The notes: generated by a model not told the origin, from the sequence alone. Counted from the whole stretch's first letter, positions 25,701-39,586 are shown. The stretch: DNA of 62,025 nt, filler included, from Choristocarpus tenellus KU-1152 (GCA_964200185.2; 8 parts of 8 records of this genome joined end to end with filler, not necessarily neighbours in it), one strand, 5' to 3'. Program-made: numbers and translations.

Positions 25701-26874
25701 TAACATTATCATCCAAAAGCATGTCCCGGCCTTTGCCCATGAGTTTGTGTAGTCAATGAGTTATGCCGTTGATGCACAACACACGAAGAATTAAGAGATT
25801 GGCCTGGTGACTGCTTTTGTCAGGAGGAAATTTGGAATGTCCTGCCCTCCAGCATTGTGCCTAGGGTGGTGCTGGATGCAGACTTACTTAGCACAATCTA
25901 CCACCATGTGTGTATGTGTATGGTGTTGAGAACTATCAGTTTCAAGTTGTGGGTAGACTGTGTACCAATGGCTGTACCAGGAATTGTTTCTGTTGTACAG
26001 TTACGCTGGTACCAAAAGGCTACCCTCGGTCCGTTTGATTTGCTGATTAATTCACCCAGAGAGAGAGAGGGTGCGTCAAGCAAGGGAGCCAAACCAATTG
26101 AGAGGTGGGCAGGTTTGAGCCCTTTGTATTCGAAATCGTCTTCCTTACCCTGTGCTGCACACTCTACTTCATTACTATATGTGCACAATAGTGTACGCAA
26201 AATCGATATTTCTCCCTTTCCACTCACAAGGTGGCACTGGAATTCAGCTATTGCTCTTCCTGCAATTGTACAAAATGACATCTCTCTGCTTAAGATGCAA
26301 CCCCGACTACCTCTCAGTTGGTTCGATTGAGGAGAACTGTGCCAAAGCGAGGATACTGTCAGGGACAATGCTGGCCTTAGTGTGCATACATGGCGACCTT
26401 GGATTTAAGGAGCATTGTGGACTTGCCTCTGACAAGCGGCCTAGGGGGATGGATGAGTCTTAAACTCCATGAAATGACCCTGGGGTCAAAGTAACTGAGG
26501 GGGGGGTGTTGGCCTCCGTTTTTCACCGTTTTTTTTATTTTCACTTTTTTNNNNNNNNNNNNNNNNNNNNNNNNNNNNNNNNNNNNNNNNNNNNTTAATT
26601 AATTAANNNNNNNNNNNNNNNNNNNNNNNNNNNNNNNNNNNNNNNNNNNNGGTCTGTTGGATTCTTGGGATGCTTCCCTAGCCCCCCCCCCCGGGGCACA
26701 GGAGTAGTAGGTAGATGGGAAGCACAGGAAGACAGTAGTACAATATCTGATGTGGTGAAGTAACTGATAGACTGGTGGTTTACACATTTAAGATGTTTTA
26801 TAGTGTTCTTATGTGTAGGATATTTTATTTCTTTAGGGCTAATAACGACATATGTATAGTTTTCATTCGTTTCC

Positions 26875-26913
26875 CCCCTGACACATCTGCAAAATGTCAG
26901 AGGCCATAATAAT
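26875..26913 (+). repeat. Short dispersed repeat, possible retroposon 3' end with (TAA)n tail
   Basis: CCCCTGACACATCTGCAAAATGTCAGAGGCCATAATAATA is also present at ~38110-38149 on a different contig. Confidence 0.6.
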
Positions 26914-27216
26914 ATATATAATATATATATATATTATTTATTATTATAAAACAATGAAAACTATATACATATGTGTATAAAAAATGTCCTAAACATAATA
27001 ATAATATATATATATATATAGGTGATGTTTGTGTAGTTGAACATTGAACTGTAACTAGCGGTATGAACACCTTTTAGAAGTTACTTCCAGAAACAGATAC
27101 CGTAATACAATGAACAAATGACATGTAGTTTGTAGTTGTAGTTGGTTCAATCCTCCCCACCTATCCCCCCTAGTTTTAGTGGTGAGCGACCAGAGTTCCC
27201 ATCTAGGTCTGATAGC

Positions 27217-28550
27217 ATGTGGAAGACTATACTGTTGCTGTCGTACGGGATATCATCGGCGTGGTGCCTCTATTTGCCCACGCATTTCTCTACCTTTCAC
27301 AGGAAATCTTTTGCATTTTGCTCCACAACAACACATCCAGATGGCAGGCATCAAAGACGGAGAGCGTCACCCCATTGCAGACTCAACAACATTTCACAGA
27401 CAGTCCGTGGAACTATTGGTCTCCTCTCTATGTCTGCCCAAGCACCTGGAAGTAACGCTGATGACGACAGTAGTGATAGAGAACAGGAAAACACACCGCC
27501 TCCTAATTCCAACTCGGATCAACAAGATGGTAAATTGGAGCGAATAGATGGGGATTTGGACTTGGAGGCGATGGAAAGAAAATATGGGTTGACTCCGAAT
27601 GAGATTGAGGAGCTCGAGGAGTTGAAATCCATCGACTGGGACCTAGAATTCAGGATGAAGCGTCTGGAGATGGAGGAAAAGGAGAGGAAGGTCAATCGCG
27701 AAGCAAAGGCGTTTTCTGGGAGGAGGGAGGTCATTGCGACGAAAAATGCTAAGGGCGAGTACGATATAGTAACGATACCATCGCCAATCGGGGGAAAGAG
27801 AGGGAGGGCTGACGATGATGAGGGCTTTGGGTTCGCAGATGAGGGTAGGGACGGAGACGCTCGGAGCAGGATGCTTGAGAGGGAACGACAAGCCGTGGAC
27901 CTGGTAACGACGAACAAGGTTGGATGATACATGAGCCAAACATTGATCTTGCGCATTGGATTAATTTTGTGGCGCATGCAAGTTGTATGGTCGAAGCGAG
28001 TGGTTTTATTTGATGTCTTTTGGGATCATAGGCACGGTTGGAACAAAATTTTAATATTGCTGCCCCAGATTAGCGTAGTCGTTCAATTACTTTCCGACCA
28101 ATATTGTCAAGTATCAGCCGTAACTTTGCACTCTATGGTTCCACAATCGATGCAACCGAGTGAAGCTTGCAATATGGACAGGTGGACGAATTGTTTTCTC
28201 ACAGTGGAATGCATAGCACCACCGCCAGAGATGCCACCTTTAGAAAGAGCGCGATGTGTCATTCTCTAGCGAGCACTTCCTGCGCCTAATGACGACAACG
28301 GTGACCCCCTGAATGTGTACAATATGTGTGCAACGTGCTGTTGCGTGTATGCCGCCTCGCGCTCGTGCTGCCTTGTGTGTCTGATGCGAATTGGACGTGT
28401 CGATGGATTTTGTGTTTATGGAATGCGGGAGCAGGTGTATGCTGGCATGTTCGCGGTTTTGCTAGCCACCCTCTGCTTCTATCTGTACGTGTTCGCGACT
28501 GGGGGAATCACCGATGGAAGTGAAAGATTCCGAGGAATCCCACAACCAAC
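27217..28550 (+). CDS. Probable plastid-targeted single-pass membrane protein of unknown function (3' exon not resolved)
   Basis: Exon 27217-27918 has a hydrophobic signal (MWKTILLLSYGISSAWC), an S/T/R/H-rich transit-like region and an acidic coiled segment. Exon 28435-28550 is in phase and encodes the TM segment VYAGMFAVLLATLCFYLYVFATGGITDG. Confidence 0.7.
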
Positions 28551-29841
28551 GTGAGATGGTCTTTCTTTCTCCTTTTCTCATAGTCATGCCACTCCCACTG
28601 TTTTTTTTAGTGGGATGTCCTCTCAGCACACACTGCAATCAATCGGAGGTGTGCTTGAGCATTCATGTTCCATCCGCCTGGATAACCCCCGTGTTCTCCT
28701 TCACCACATCCTTAAAGTGACAAATCTGATACCATAATACCTCACTTTGACCTCAGGAGACCCAGCTGTTGTCGTAGTTACACAAGCATGTGCCCTATGT
28801 ATTGCCTGTGCCCCTGCCCCCCGTCCTCTTGCCTGATCTATGAAAGTACTATTAGCATTAAACCTCGATTTACTTACATTTCTATGATTTGTGCAACTAT
28901 GAAAATAACTAATCCCTCCCTGCCCACACCTCCTCTGAGCCCCCCTCCGACGTTTTTGATGAATCACCTTTTAGTTGTCAAAATTCAAGGAAGAGCTAAA
29001 AAATGCATTTGCTTTGCGTTTAAAACGCTTTCAAACCATCTCATCTCCTCTAGGAGCACAATTTCTTCCTTCTGCGATCAAATTGAAACAAACCAGACTC
29101 TCCTCAATAAATTCCCACTCAAGAATACTCAACACCTACCCACCTACCTCTCTGGGCTGAAGTTCTTTTCAATTTGTGAACAGTCCCCTAGTGCCTTTTG
29201 TTGTCTTAGCAGTTTATCGTATGTAAGCTTGTTCTCCACAATTGCCCTAGAATGTCATGGTTGAAGGGGTCTACAGTGTGCGATGAAACTATTGATCCTA
29301 TGCACAGAGTCTCTTAGGGGACAACTCTATGGGCTGATTATTGTCAAGGGTATTTTATAATTCAGTGACTGCTGAGCTGGAGGACCTTTGCTGTATGTAC
29401 ACCAGTAAGCAGTGCAGATTCTACTAGGGCATCTGCAATGGAGAGTTCACATCCCCCTTCCGCATAGGTCAGGAAAAAAAAGAAAATGTAAGAAGAGAGA
29501 TGCTTCGACAAGTGCTGTGCAAATGGGCCAAACAAAGGCCTGGAAAACTCGACTCTTCCACCCTGGCTAAATGAGGAGGGTTTCTTTGAATCCACTCTCT
29601 TGTGTTGATGTTGTCGCTGTTTCAGTCTTCCCCCTCGAAAGAGACAGTTGGAAAACTTGAGTTTGGTGTGTGTCAGCAATGCCCATTGTTTACCAAGGGT
29701 TAGGGCAGTACTGCGCGTTGACAGAAGATTTGTCTTGTGTGTGTTTTCATTAATTGTCCCCTTGCCCTGCAATATGGTGTACGTTACCATTTTTTTTCAT
29801 ACTGTCAATTGTTAATTTTCCAAATTGAACTGTGCCCGTAG

Positions 29842-29875
<34 letters not shown>

Positions 29876-29891
29876 TTTTTTGTTTTTTATA

Positions 29892-29929
<38 letters not shown>

Positions 29930-30649
29930 CCCCCCATTTTTTTTTCAGGAAAAAATTAATTCTGCATATTTCTACCATACTTTCAATTCCAAGATGAAGT
30001 ATTTCCTGTCAATTTAACCTCTGCTGTAGAATACTGGCAAAATGTACAACCAATAGCAAAATCAATTTCCTTTCACCACCTCCTTTCCGTTCCCCNNNNN
30101 NNNNNNNNNNNNNNNNNNNNNNNNNNNNNNNNNNNNNNNTTAATTAATTAANNNNNNNNNNNNNNNNNNNNNNNNNNNNNNNNNNNNNNNNNNNNATGCC
30201 TCTAGGATTCCATCCCCCGTCCCTCGTATCCACCTCCAACACATATCCCATCCATTCATATACATACGTGCGCTACTACAACAGGAAGGGCACGAACAAA
30301 GATAAGGACATGGGTCCGAAGCGAGACCTGGTGATGTCCTGGATAGACTACTGGGATGATACATACGGGTAGTTCATGCCTAACAAGTCAACAATTGTGA
30401 TCTACGCCGTGAACAAACAGGTCGGTTTTCCCCTTGGTTGTGAGAGGTTGGCTGCACCCTGTGTTGGAGTTAGATGCAAACCGTGTGACCCGGCAGTATG
30501 CAGAAAAGGTGAATCTAAGTAGTGTATCGAGTGGTGGATGTTCATTACCTTGACCGGTTTGATATTATGGTTAAAAGAACATGTCAAGATTCATACAAAG
30601 TGCTATCCTTTTCGTTTCCTCTGTCGATATATCAATATTCATTATGATA

Positions 30650-32824
30650 CTCGTTGTCGATTTTACGAAGGAAGACACAATAAATGTTATTTCAATGCCG
30701 AGCACACATACTCTGCGGCTCCGGACCCGGTCTGAAATTGGTAGGAAAAGTGTGTACTTCGTATATACAAAGCACTTCGCGACGATGATGATGATGATGG
30801 TAGATTCGCCTCCTTTGCCGCCTCTGCAAACGGCAGCGAGGCCCGAACCGAATGACGCTCATGGCAGATTTAATCAGATCATTGTATTTGCTCTTTTGTA
30901 ACGCACGATGTAAGCTTGCTTGATCCTGTCTTCCGTGTTCTCAGTAAATATATTTGTCAGTCCGCCTTCGAGAGATGTTGCAGGGGTGTTCTTCGAGTGT
31001 TCCTTCTCAATAACTCCTCACTTGCCCACACAAACAACATTTTTAATTAGGAGCTATACAAGGATTTTTGCAAAGAGGCAATACGGGTGTATCCTGACGA
31101 CCCTTCCAAGCAGGTAAGCAAGGAGTACTTCCTCCGATTGCTCAGAGAGGACAGGCCCAACATCCGGGTGAGGGTAGGAGGCGAGTTTATGAAATGTGAC
31201 ATATGTGTCACGTTAAAAGAGAAGCGGCACGGTGCGCCTGGTGTAAAACCCACCAACGACTCCACCGTCCTCGAGTCCATCGATAAGGAGCTGTCAGACC
31301 ATCGACAGGTAGGTGCCGAACGTTAATTTTGCAACTAGGGTACAGTGACAACATATCACCGTCATTGCCCTCCTAACCCAAAGTAAATCCGTGCCCTTTT
31401 GCGAATGAAGACTCCCACGTAGGTGTTTATGGCAGCAGCAGTAGCCTCACTTACCGCAAAACTTGCTGTTATTAGCTGCCCAAACACCTTGTAAGACAGA
31501 CTGCTTCCTGATAGTGTACAACGGGCTGTGGGAGGGACAGGTCATGTAGCGGTCTTCCGGCCCGGTACGTGCGTACTTCCTACCATCCCGATAACTTGTT
31601 GTTTGTTTTGAACGCACAATAAAAAACATCTAACATCTGTTGATACCCAGACTACATTTTTGTTACTAACCAACCTGGTATGTGTTAACAAGCGACATTT
31701 TTTTTTTTAACTCTGAGCAGATTTATTTGATTAATTCACGTGATGTTGCTGTCCCCCATTCGCCCGATTATCAAAGCGGATCGGCTGGTCATCGCCAACA
31801 GGACCAGCAACGCCATGCCCGACAAAGCCGACGGCAAACCTCTCGGCTTCATGTTCATGTCCGTAGACGCCGCGAACTAGACAGCACACGCCCTCCCAGC
31901 ACTTTACCCACCTACCCACAGCGGTGACAGGTAACCACACGCACGCACAGTCCATCCGACAAGAACTTTGCATCCGCACGCGGAACAGAATAGACGACCA
32001 TGTTTTATCCTACGGATGAGTGCAAAGTCCCAAGAAATAATCGCCAAAACAAATGCACATAATTCCACTACCTATTCCGTTCATCATGATGACCTTTCTT
32101 TGAATGTTCCTTTCGTTCATGTCTCCCTTATTAGGGGATACTCCGAGCGCCAGAAGATCATGGCCGCACACGTCGAAGGCCAGTTCGCTGAGGTGTTCTT
32201 CACTCCTATCAATTTTGGAGGAGGTACGTACTGTAGAGTAGCGTAAGAGCTAATCAACGGGTAGTGGAGATCGCAGACATGTATCTCAGCCGTATGGGTG
32301 TATGTCTTCTACATTGCATAAACAAATTACATTACCCCTCTTTTTAGCTCCATATAAACAATGCGTAAATGAGCAGAGTACGTTTTACCAACAGTTGTTT
32401 AACATCATTGTTCGCGCAGGTTGTAACCTTGTCTACACAGCCACACACCTTGCCATCACAAGGCTTATCGACAAGTACCACAACAGCCTCTTGATGACTC
32501 GGGGAATTGCATCATCCAGCACGCGCATTGGCAGGTAAGAAGGTTTCATCCTGACACGACCTACTCAACACAGCCTTCCTGAATACCAGTCACCAAGTAA
32601 CTAACTGCACGATCTTTAGTTTTGGTTTGCATGTATGATGGCGGTGATGTAGAGATTGTGCTCTAGCACTACCGGAAACCTACCATGTTCTTCCACGAAA
32701 CGCGGCGAAATGGACTGACATATTGGCCTCACGCCCATCCCTCCCTCGCTCCCAACTCCCCAAACTGGCCAGGTCGACAACTGCGTCTCAGAGAACAAGA
32801 ACAATTTCTTTCTCGGATACGCGG
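30650..32824 (+). pseudogene. Intron-containing Sola-like / DUF7869-type DDD transposase, degenerate and cut by contig end
   Basis: Exon 31051-31308 has YFLRLLREDRPNIRV..GEFMKCDIC…DHRQ. FMSVDAAN*TAHALP at ~31853-31898 (first catalytic D, premature TAG at 31878). FFTPINFGG|CNLV. QVDNCVSENKNNFFLGY at 32770-32820 is the DNCxxENKN signature. Confidence 0.75.
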
Positions 32825-34370
32825 NNNNNNNNNNNNNNNNNNNNNNNNNNNNNNNNNNNNNNNNNNNNTTAATTAATTAANNNNNNNNNNNNNNNNNNNN
32901 NNNNNNNNNNNNNNNNNNNNNNNNCCCCCCCCAACCCATCAAACAAGCTTGGAGCTCACTCCTGAACTTGACAACAATAAAGCTGAGGGCGCTCAGATCT
33001 ACACCATCACTTCCATACTATAAGCTGATCTCACCAAAAATGAAAAACCTCACTCAACTCCTTTTGTTTGACACATTTTGCTGCAATTTTTTTGCATTGT
33101 GTGCATGTGTCAAACAAAAGTTCCTGATTCATAAATTTACTTTGTCGCATTGCCCAAATTATAAGAACTCAAGAACTCCTCACGATTTAAACGTGTTTGG
33201 AGCTTTTGGTCAGATCAGCTTGTACACTCAAGTAGCAAACATTTTAAGTCCTACTCCATCCTTCACTATAAAATTACAAGGAATGATTACCAATGACACT
33301 GGTCACCCAACAATATTACAATACTAACAGCCCATCTGCAGTAGTTAGTATGAGTTGGGGTCGTGTTGGTAATTTGGGATCACTCTGTTCCCCTGATTGT
33401 TTAGGGCTCATGCTAGACTGGCTATAACCATGATTAATCAAATCATGGTGGCATATCAAATGGTCCCGAGTCACCCCCAATCTACACACTTGGATTATTA
33501 CTCTGTCAAATGAAAGTATTTTTCAACAGAGCAACACTCTACTGCACAGTTTGACATATCACACAACGGCACAAACCTTTATGAGGTGATGTATACACCT
33601 GATGTGGTGAAATCTGGTCTATTCACAAGAACATGGTTGATACACATCATAACTTGAAAGAAGGGTGAGTTACAAAGTAACCAAACTCTTTTTTGTACCA
33701 TATCCCCAGTCAGTTCCAAACAGACCACACCACAGAACTGTGCTCCAAACTATTAGTAACTCAGAGATATTTCCAACTCCAAATCAAAGTGCAGACAACG
33801 GAGAGCTGCCATTGATTCAATACTTTCTCATCCATCTCACCTTCTACCTTCATCAGGCTATGTTGCAAGCAGCAGCACATTTTTTCTTAACCCCCTATAT
33901 AGGCAAAGCCCAAACCATCAATACATTGTTCCATAACACACTTCAATGCACACACTCCCGTGATTATTGGAGTAATAGAGTGGTACACAAGAAGTACAAT
34001 GTTCATAGTGAAGTATAAGGGGAGAAGTATCTGAGGACTATCAGTTTAGTACCACATTGGTCCAAAACATAGTACCTGTAGTACTTTGAAAAGTAATGTT
34101 GCATTTGACTGTAACTCATTCACTCCTCCCACATTAGAGCACTTCACGATACTCCCCACCACCAAACACACACTTTGATGGGGATGGAGATGGAGATCAA
34201 TCAATCAGTCCCACACTTCCATTACAAACCCAATACATCAACACATCATACACAAAACAGCACACAAGAACAACACACACCACACACACTACACACAGAA
34301 GAGAGACCAAACAGAGCACAGAAACCCATGCCAATGTAACCCAGAACCAACCCTCTTAAAGACACTTCAC

Positions 34371-36723
34371 CTCCATCAGGCATGTTGCACTGAAGTTCAC
34401 GATTTGAGTACGGGCCTCATCCAACCCCTGCAGAGCAAGTTCAACGTCTACCTTTCCCTCACGCCTCCTCATGTTCTGGATCTCCTCCTGGCAGCGTACA
34501 TAGGAATTCACCAAGTAACCTGTGCAAAACAAACATAGCAGAGCACCCACAAATTAATGGGGGGGGGGGGAAGGGTGTAAGTAGAAAACCCTGGTCTCTC
34601 CCACTTGAGGGAGAGGAGGAATACAATCCCATTCGTGTTTCATTGGCACAGTGGAGGATGGAAGAGTAGTGTAACTAGTTAAGTAGTGCCATAGAAAGTA
34701 GGATGGTGGTATGTGCTATGGGTGAGATTCAAACATATTCTTTTGCAGCTTGTATTACTCAGAGTCACACTCCAAAGGCAGGGTAAACCTGATGGTGAAG
34801 AGTGGAGATTGCTCTTAGGAGGGTAGAGTGGGGGCATGACCATGTAGGGTGATGAGTAACAACTGTGCAGGTACAACTCCATGATGTATGTGTTGGTACT
34901 TGTGTTGGGTTATTAACTCAGCTCGTTGTGCTTATGTACCTCCAAAAAGTAAGACGACCAAAAATAGACATGCCACAAAATATCTCTACTAAATCCTTTC
35001 ACATCACAGGTGATACAGCACACTTCAGACCACTATGATCTAGATTTCTGGAAGCCTGATACCCTCAAAGCTATGTCCATACTATGGCATCAGAAGCTTA
35101 ATCAACATCTCACATCTTCCCAACTCCACCAATGTGATGCCAACAGTGTTGTTCAACATTCAACTTTCAACATTCATAAATCATTCAGTACAGGTAGTTA
35201 CAACAAATAAGGTTAAATAAAATAGCTGGTGGGGATAGACAATATCAACATAAACCTGAGGTTATATATATTCTATTTGTGATAGTTAAACTCTACTGAA
35301 AGAAAGTTGTCGTACAACAGCACAATCTCATCAACCCTAAACCCAAGTTCCAATATAATTTGATCCCACACCTATCCCTCTCTGTTTGTTATCGTTTGCC
35401 CCAAGCCGTGCACACAGAACCTCCTGGAGGTTATTCCCACTTAGTAGCTCAGCTCCGTCAGCCGCATCCCCAACATAGGTATAGCCCTCCCCCTCCCCCT
35501 CCTGGAGCTTCACCTGCAGGAATTGATAGCACTACTTAACACATCTGCATTGGATTGTGGGGGGTATCATGGTTTGAGGGCACTGAGGGATTGCATGCCT
35601 TCCTGAATTTCAGTTCTAGGGTAGAAGAAACACCATACAATAAAAAAAGCATATTAGAAGTGCTGGAACCGACTGACCTCAGAGGCAATACTGGTTGTCC
35701 ACATGGGCTCAAGCAGGACGAGTAGAGCGATTACTAGTGCTCTGTCTCACAATGCTCCACCAATCACAATCCTTTATAATACTAGTACACTCTCCTTTGC
35801 AATGTCTTAATCGTGAAACATCTAGCATTGTGATGCATTGTGTGCACGGAGCATAACTGTGCCTCACCCTGAATACCGAACGCAAGGCATTGCTGAGCCG
35901 TTGCTCAGGCGAAATCTTGCTTGCTGCGGTCGCCCTAGTGGTAGCCTTGCCCCCAACTCCACCAGGGATTCCACCGCTACTTGGGCTCGGTGCCGATCTC
36001 TTAGACGCCGCAGGGGGTGGAGGGAGTGGCATAGCAACAGGTGCTGCTTGTCGAGGAGGTGCGGCAGGAACCGGCATTGACGAGCCCAAACTGTCACTTG
36101 AAACACTTTGGGGAGGAGGTGTGTCGATCTCCATTGGTGTTGATTTATGTTCTTGTTGTTGCTGCTGCTGTTGTTCGCCCATGGTGCAATGCCCATGTAA
36201 TAGAGTACGAGTTGAGCGCATGATTCTTGTCAATGGTTGACAATAGAATGTTTCCAAGTACAGTCTCAGTGGACACACCTACGTGTGGAAGTATACCCTA
36301 TACGAGGCAATCAGGATTCAATCCTCTCATCGACATGATGGAGGTCTTGAAATGCACGTTCGTGTTACCACAATGTCAAGAATATACTAAAAAATCACTT
36401 ACCAAACACTCAAAATTTGAGACGTGTAGTGAAATATTTTACATTATACCACCACAACATTTAAGGGGTCTAGAGTCCGGCACCACCTGCTGTTGCATTG
36501 AAGAAAATTTCTCCAGCCTTCGCCGCCGCACTTCATCAGAAGGGAGGGTTGGAGTCGCTTCCTGTGCAGCCCCGGCAACACCAGACCTTGTTGATGATAC
36601 ACCGTCGTCTGCCGCTCCTCCAATCCATGACCTTACCGCCCCAAGCCATCCATTTCCTTCACCCTGTCCGTCATCATCGACTTGATCTTCAGGTTGCGTT
36701 CCGTCTGGGTCACCGGCAGACAT
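34371..36723 (-). CDS. Ubiquitin conjugation factor E4 (UBE4/UFD2-like), N-terminal part only
   Basis: Exons 36723-36487 (…PSDEVRRRRLEKF), ~36170-35868 (Q/P-rich…RLSNALRSVFR), 35513-35372 (…NLQEVLCARL) and 34519-34371 (GYLVNSYVRC…LDEARTQIVNFSATCLME). These match UFD2/UBE4B N-terminal patterns. No U-box seen before the contig ends. Confidence 0.65.
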
Positions 36724-37476
36724 TGCGTACTGAACAACTAGTGGAGCTTCCACAGAAAAAATCAAGGATGGGAACTTGAGGGTATGGTGTACGACCCCAA
36801 ATCCAGTTATTCAAGTTCAATCCCAATCAATCCTTGGTGCCGATGCACCAATTATGAGCTGAGGATACTGCCTTTCACCTCTATAACTGCCTTCACCTTT
36901 TGCCCACAGTAGTGTTGTCAATGATACAAACCTTAACCAAGCAACAACAGGTTTCTAGTTGCAACTTAGAGATTTGGGTGCTAGGGTTAGGTCTAATTTG
37001 TAAATTAGTTGGATGTTATGATAATATTAGGTGTATGTACACGTACTATGTATGTAGATTTATGTTTTGTAGTTAAGTACATGGTCTAGGAACGGAATAT
37101 TGAAACACCACACCAACAAATTGTCTTGATGATAGACTGGTGATGTTGAGACGGGTTTAACATTTTTAAGTGAAGAATTCAGGTCGATGGACTAGGAGAG
37201 GGTTGACGGATTCGTGGGATTGTATTCCCTTCACGACCTCATTCATGGTGTCATATATTCTAAGAGTTGCTTGTTGTATTCTTGTTTCTTGTTTACATGC
37301 CTGAAACTCATACAATACAATTTTGGTTGGTGTTGTTTACGATCGTCCTGTCTTGTTGTGTTGCGTTCTCCAAATGGCATTTCCTCTTCTCCACATTGTA
37401 ATCCTATTATGTTGTGTTTTATTGCATTTTCACACGATGATGACGGTCTCTGCAACATGTTAGTAGGTGTAATGTC

Positions 37477-37830
37477 AATCGTGTGATTCTGTGGCGGTGT
37501 GGTTTACTCAAGTAAGGGTGGCGAAGAGAAGCACCGGGCAAGACGGACCAGACGAACCAAGATGATCCGTAACCAAGAGTACGAGGTTAAGGTTGGAGAA
37601 GTGCAAGAGACTGCAAGAACTTGCAGGAAAAATTGAGGATTGATGAGCATCTTCAGAGAGGGGCTTCATCACCACCAGTCAAGACGTGAGAACAAAGTGA
37701 ATCTTTTATGAAAGACAACTCTGAATGACAAGCTGTCCGAAGTCTATGGGATAGGTCTCATGAAGAGATTCCATGGTTTCATTCTGACAGAAGGTCCGCC
37801 AGTGGAATCATGGATGCTTGACAAGGAACC
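37477..37830 (+). repeat. ~350-bp local duplication, copy 1
   Basis: Near-identical to 39133-39487 (AATCGTGTGATTCTGTGGCGG…GACAAGGAACC). Confidence 0.9.
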
Positions 37831-39025
37831 TCAATTGGTAGAACGGTATGACGGTATGATGGTATGGCGGTTTATGAGATACGGCAATAATGGAACAACA
37901 ACAGACAAATATGCTTTCCTCATCACCCCCCCTTCTGATCGCCCTTGAAGGCATGTAAACATGATTCAAGGTCAACCAAAAAGTGAGCTTTGGGAGCGAA
38001 ATGGGAAACGTGTGTGTGACTGTTGTTAGTATACTATTGTGCCACTGTATTACACGACTCCATTAATACAAAATGAAGTGCAATATATAAACAAGGCACT
38101 GTTGTTTTCCCCCTGACACATCTGCAAAATGTCAGAGGCCATAATAATAAAAATATAAACGAGGCATATAATGAGTATCTGATCAGGATAACATTAGCCT
38201 AAGGTTGATGATGTGTGGTCAACACAACAATCAAACTTTCAAGGTCTGAGAGTATGGGGTCAGCGTATCAATCAGCCTAAAGACGAGGCGAGAGGTATAT
38301 ATGGCCAGCATATAGGGTCTCTATTATCTTGTATAAAACAGAGGATACACTCAGAATGGGGATACGAGGAGCAAACACTATACGATTTCAACGAACGGTT
38401 TGACTAGTGTTTGTGATTCGACATTGCTATACGGGTGTTATACAATGATTTGATCTTTACTCTGATGTGTGGAAACAAAAATTGTGTGTTACATGATCAA
38501 ATCAACACAGCAAAACAACAAGATCAAATGTGTGCACCCACTCTCCTTCCTCAATCCTGACATCGATTAGAGTATTGATCATGACGACTACAATATTCCA
38601 AGTGGACAACTCAGACATACGATGTTGGTGGCTCAACTCTCCTAAAACGATACGAGGTGCCTGCACGGCCATTACATCATGTTGGCAGGATCATGCCACA
38701 CGAAAAAATAAATACATAAATAACAAGTATGGCTCACCTGAAATCTCCATCTCTTTCCTTGTGGTAGACTTGAATCTTCATTTTTTTAATTTTCTGTTTA
38801 GGGTGGGATTCGTCATTTCATGATGATCAATAAATATTTTTCATGAAAACATGACATGATGAAATGAACAGCCACCTTTAGCACACAAGCGCTAATGTAT
38901 TAATGTGCCCAGTGATACGGTCTCTGCACCACCGCATGTGCCCCCTCATGTGAACGAGGAGAGTTAGAGATGAAATTAATTGTATTTATAATCTATCTAA
39001 ATCCACCAACATTTATGTATAGTCT

Positions 39026-39143
39026 ATCACACGATTCAAATTTGGCGACTCTGGTGAGATTCAAACTCAAGCTTACTAAGTTTGTGTGCTTCACAGGCGT
39101 TAGTTTGAATCTCACTGGTGTCGCCAAATGTGAATCGTGTGAT
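39026..39143. repeat. Hairpin / inverted repeat with ~42-bp arms
   Basis: ATCACACGATTCAAATTTGGCGACTCTGGTGAGATTCAAACT … AGTTTGAATCTCACTGGTGTCGCCAAATGTGAATCGTGTGAT. Confidence 0.85.
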
Positions 39144-39487
39144 TCTGTGGCGGTGTGGTTTACTCAAGTAAGGGTGGCGAAGAGAAGCACCGGGCAAGAC
39201 GGACCAGACGAACCAAGACGAATCGTAACCGAGAGTACGAGGTTAAGGTTGGAGAAGTGCAAGAGACTGCAAGAACTTGCAGGAAAAATTGAGGAGTGAT
39301 GAGCATCATTTTCAGAGAGGGGCTTCATCATCACCAGTCAAGACGTGAGAACAAAGTGTCTTTCATGTATGACAACTCTGAATGGCGAGCTGTCCGAAGT
39401 CTATAGGATAGGACTCGTGAAGAGATTCCATGGTTTCATTCTGACGGAAGGTCTGCCAGTGGAATCATGGATACTTGACAAGGAACC
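39133..39487 (+). repeat. ~350-bp local duplication, copy 2
   Basis: Matches 37477-37830 and ends exactly where MITE copy 4 begins. Confidence 0.9.
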
Positions 39488-39586
39488 GAGCCAAAGTATC
39501 TTTGAGGGTAGAGCCGCGTCCATTTGGGGGTCTAAATCCAATGTTGCGATTTTGATATAATTTTGGCTATCGTATTTGCTAGGAAG
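39488..39586 (+). mobile_element. MITE family A copy 4 (truncated by contig end)
   Basis: GAGCCAAAGTATCTTTGAGGGTAGAGCCGCGTCCATTTGGGG…. Confidence 0.85.

Noticed and set aside
23300-26470. Gene divergent from WAPL, and the 156-aa minus-strand ORF
   Set aside because: Some splice-like signals are present, but no stop-free exon chain or recognisable homology could be built.
29841-29936. Poly-proline ORF
   Set aside because: Poly-C/poly-T low-quality sequence near a contig end.
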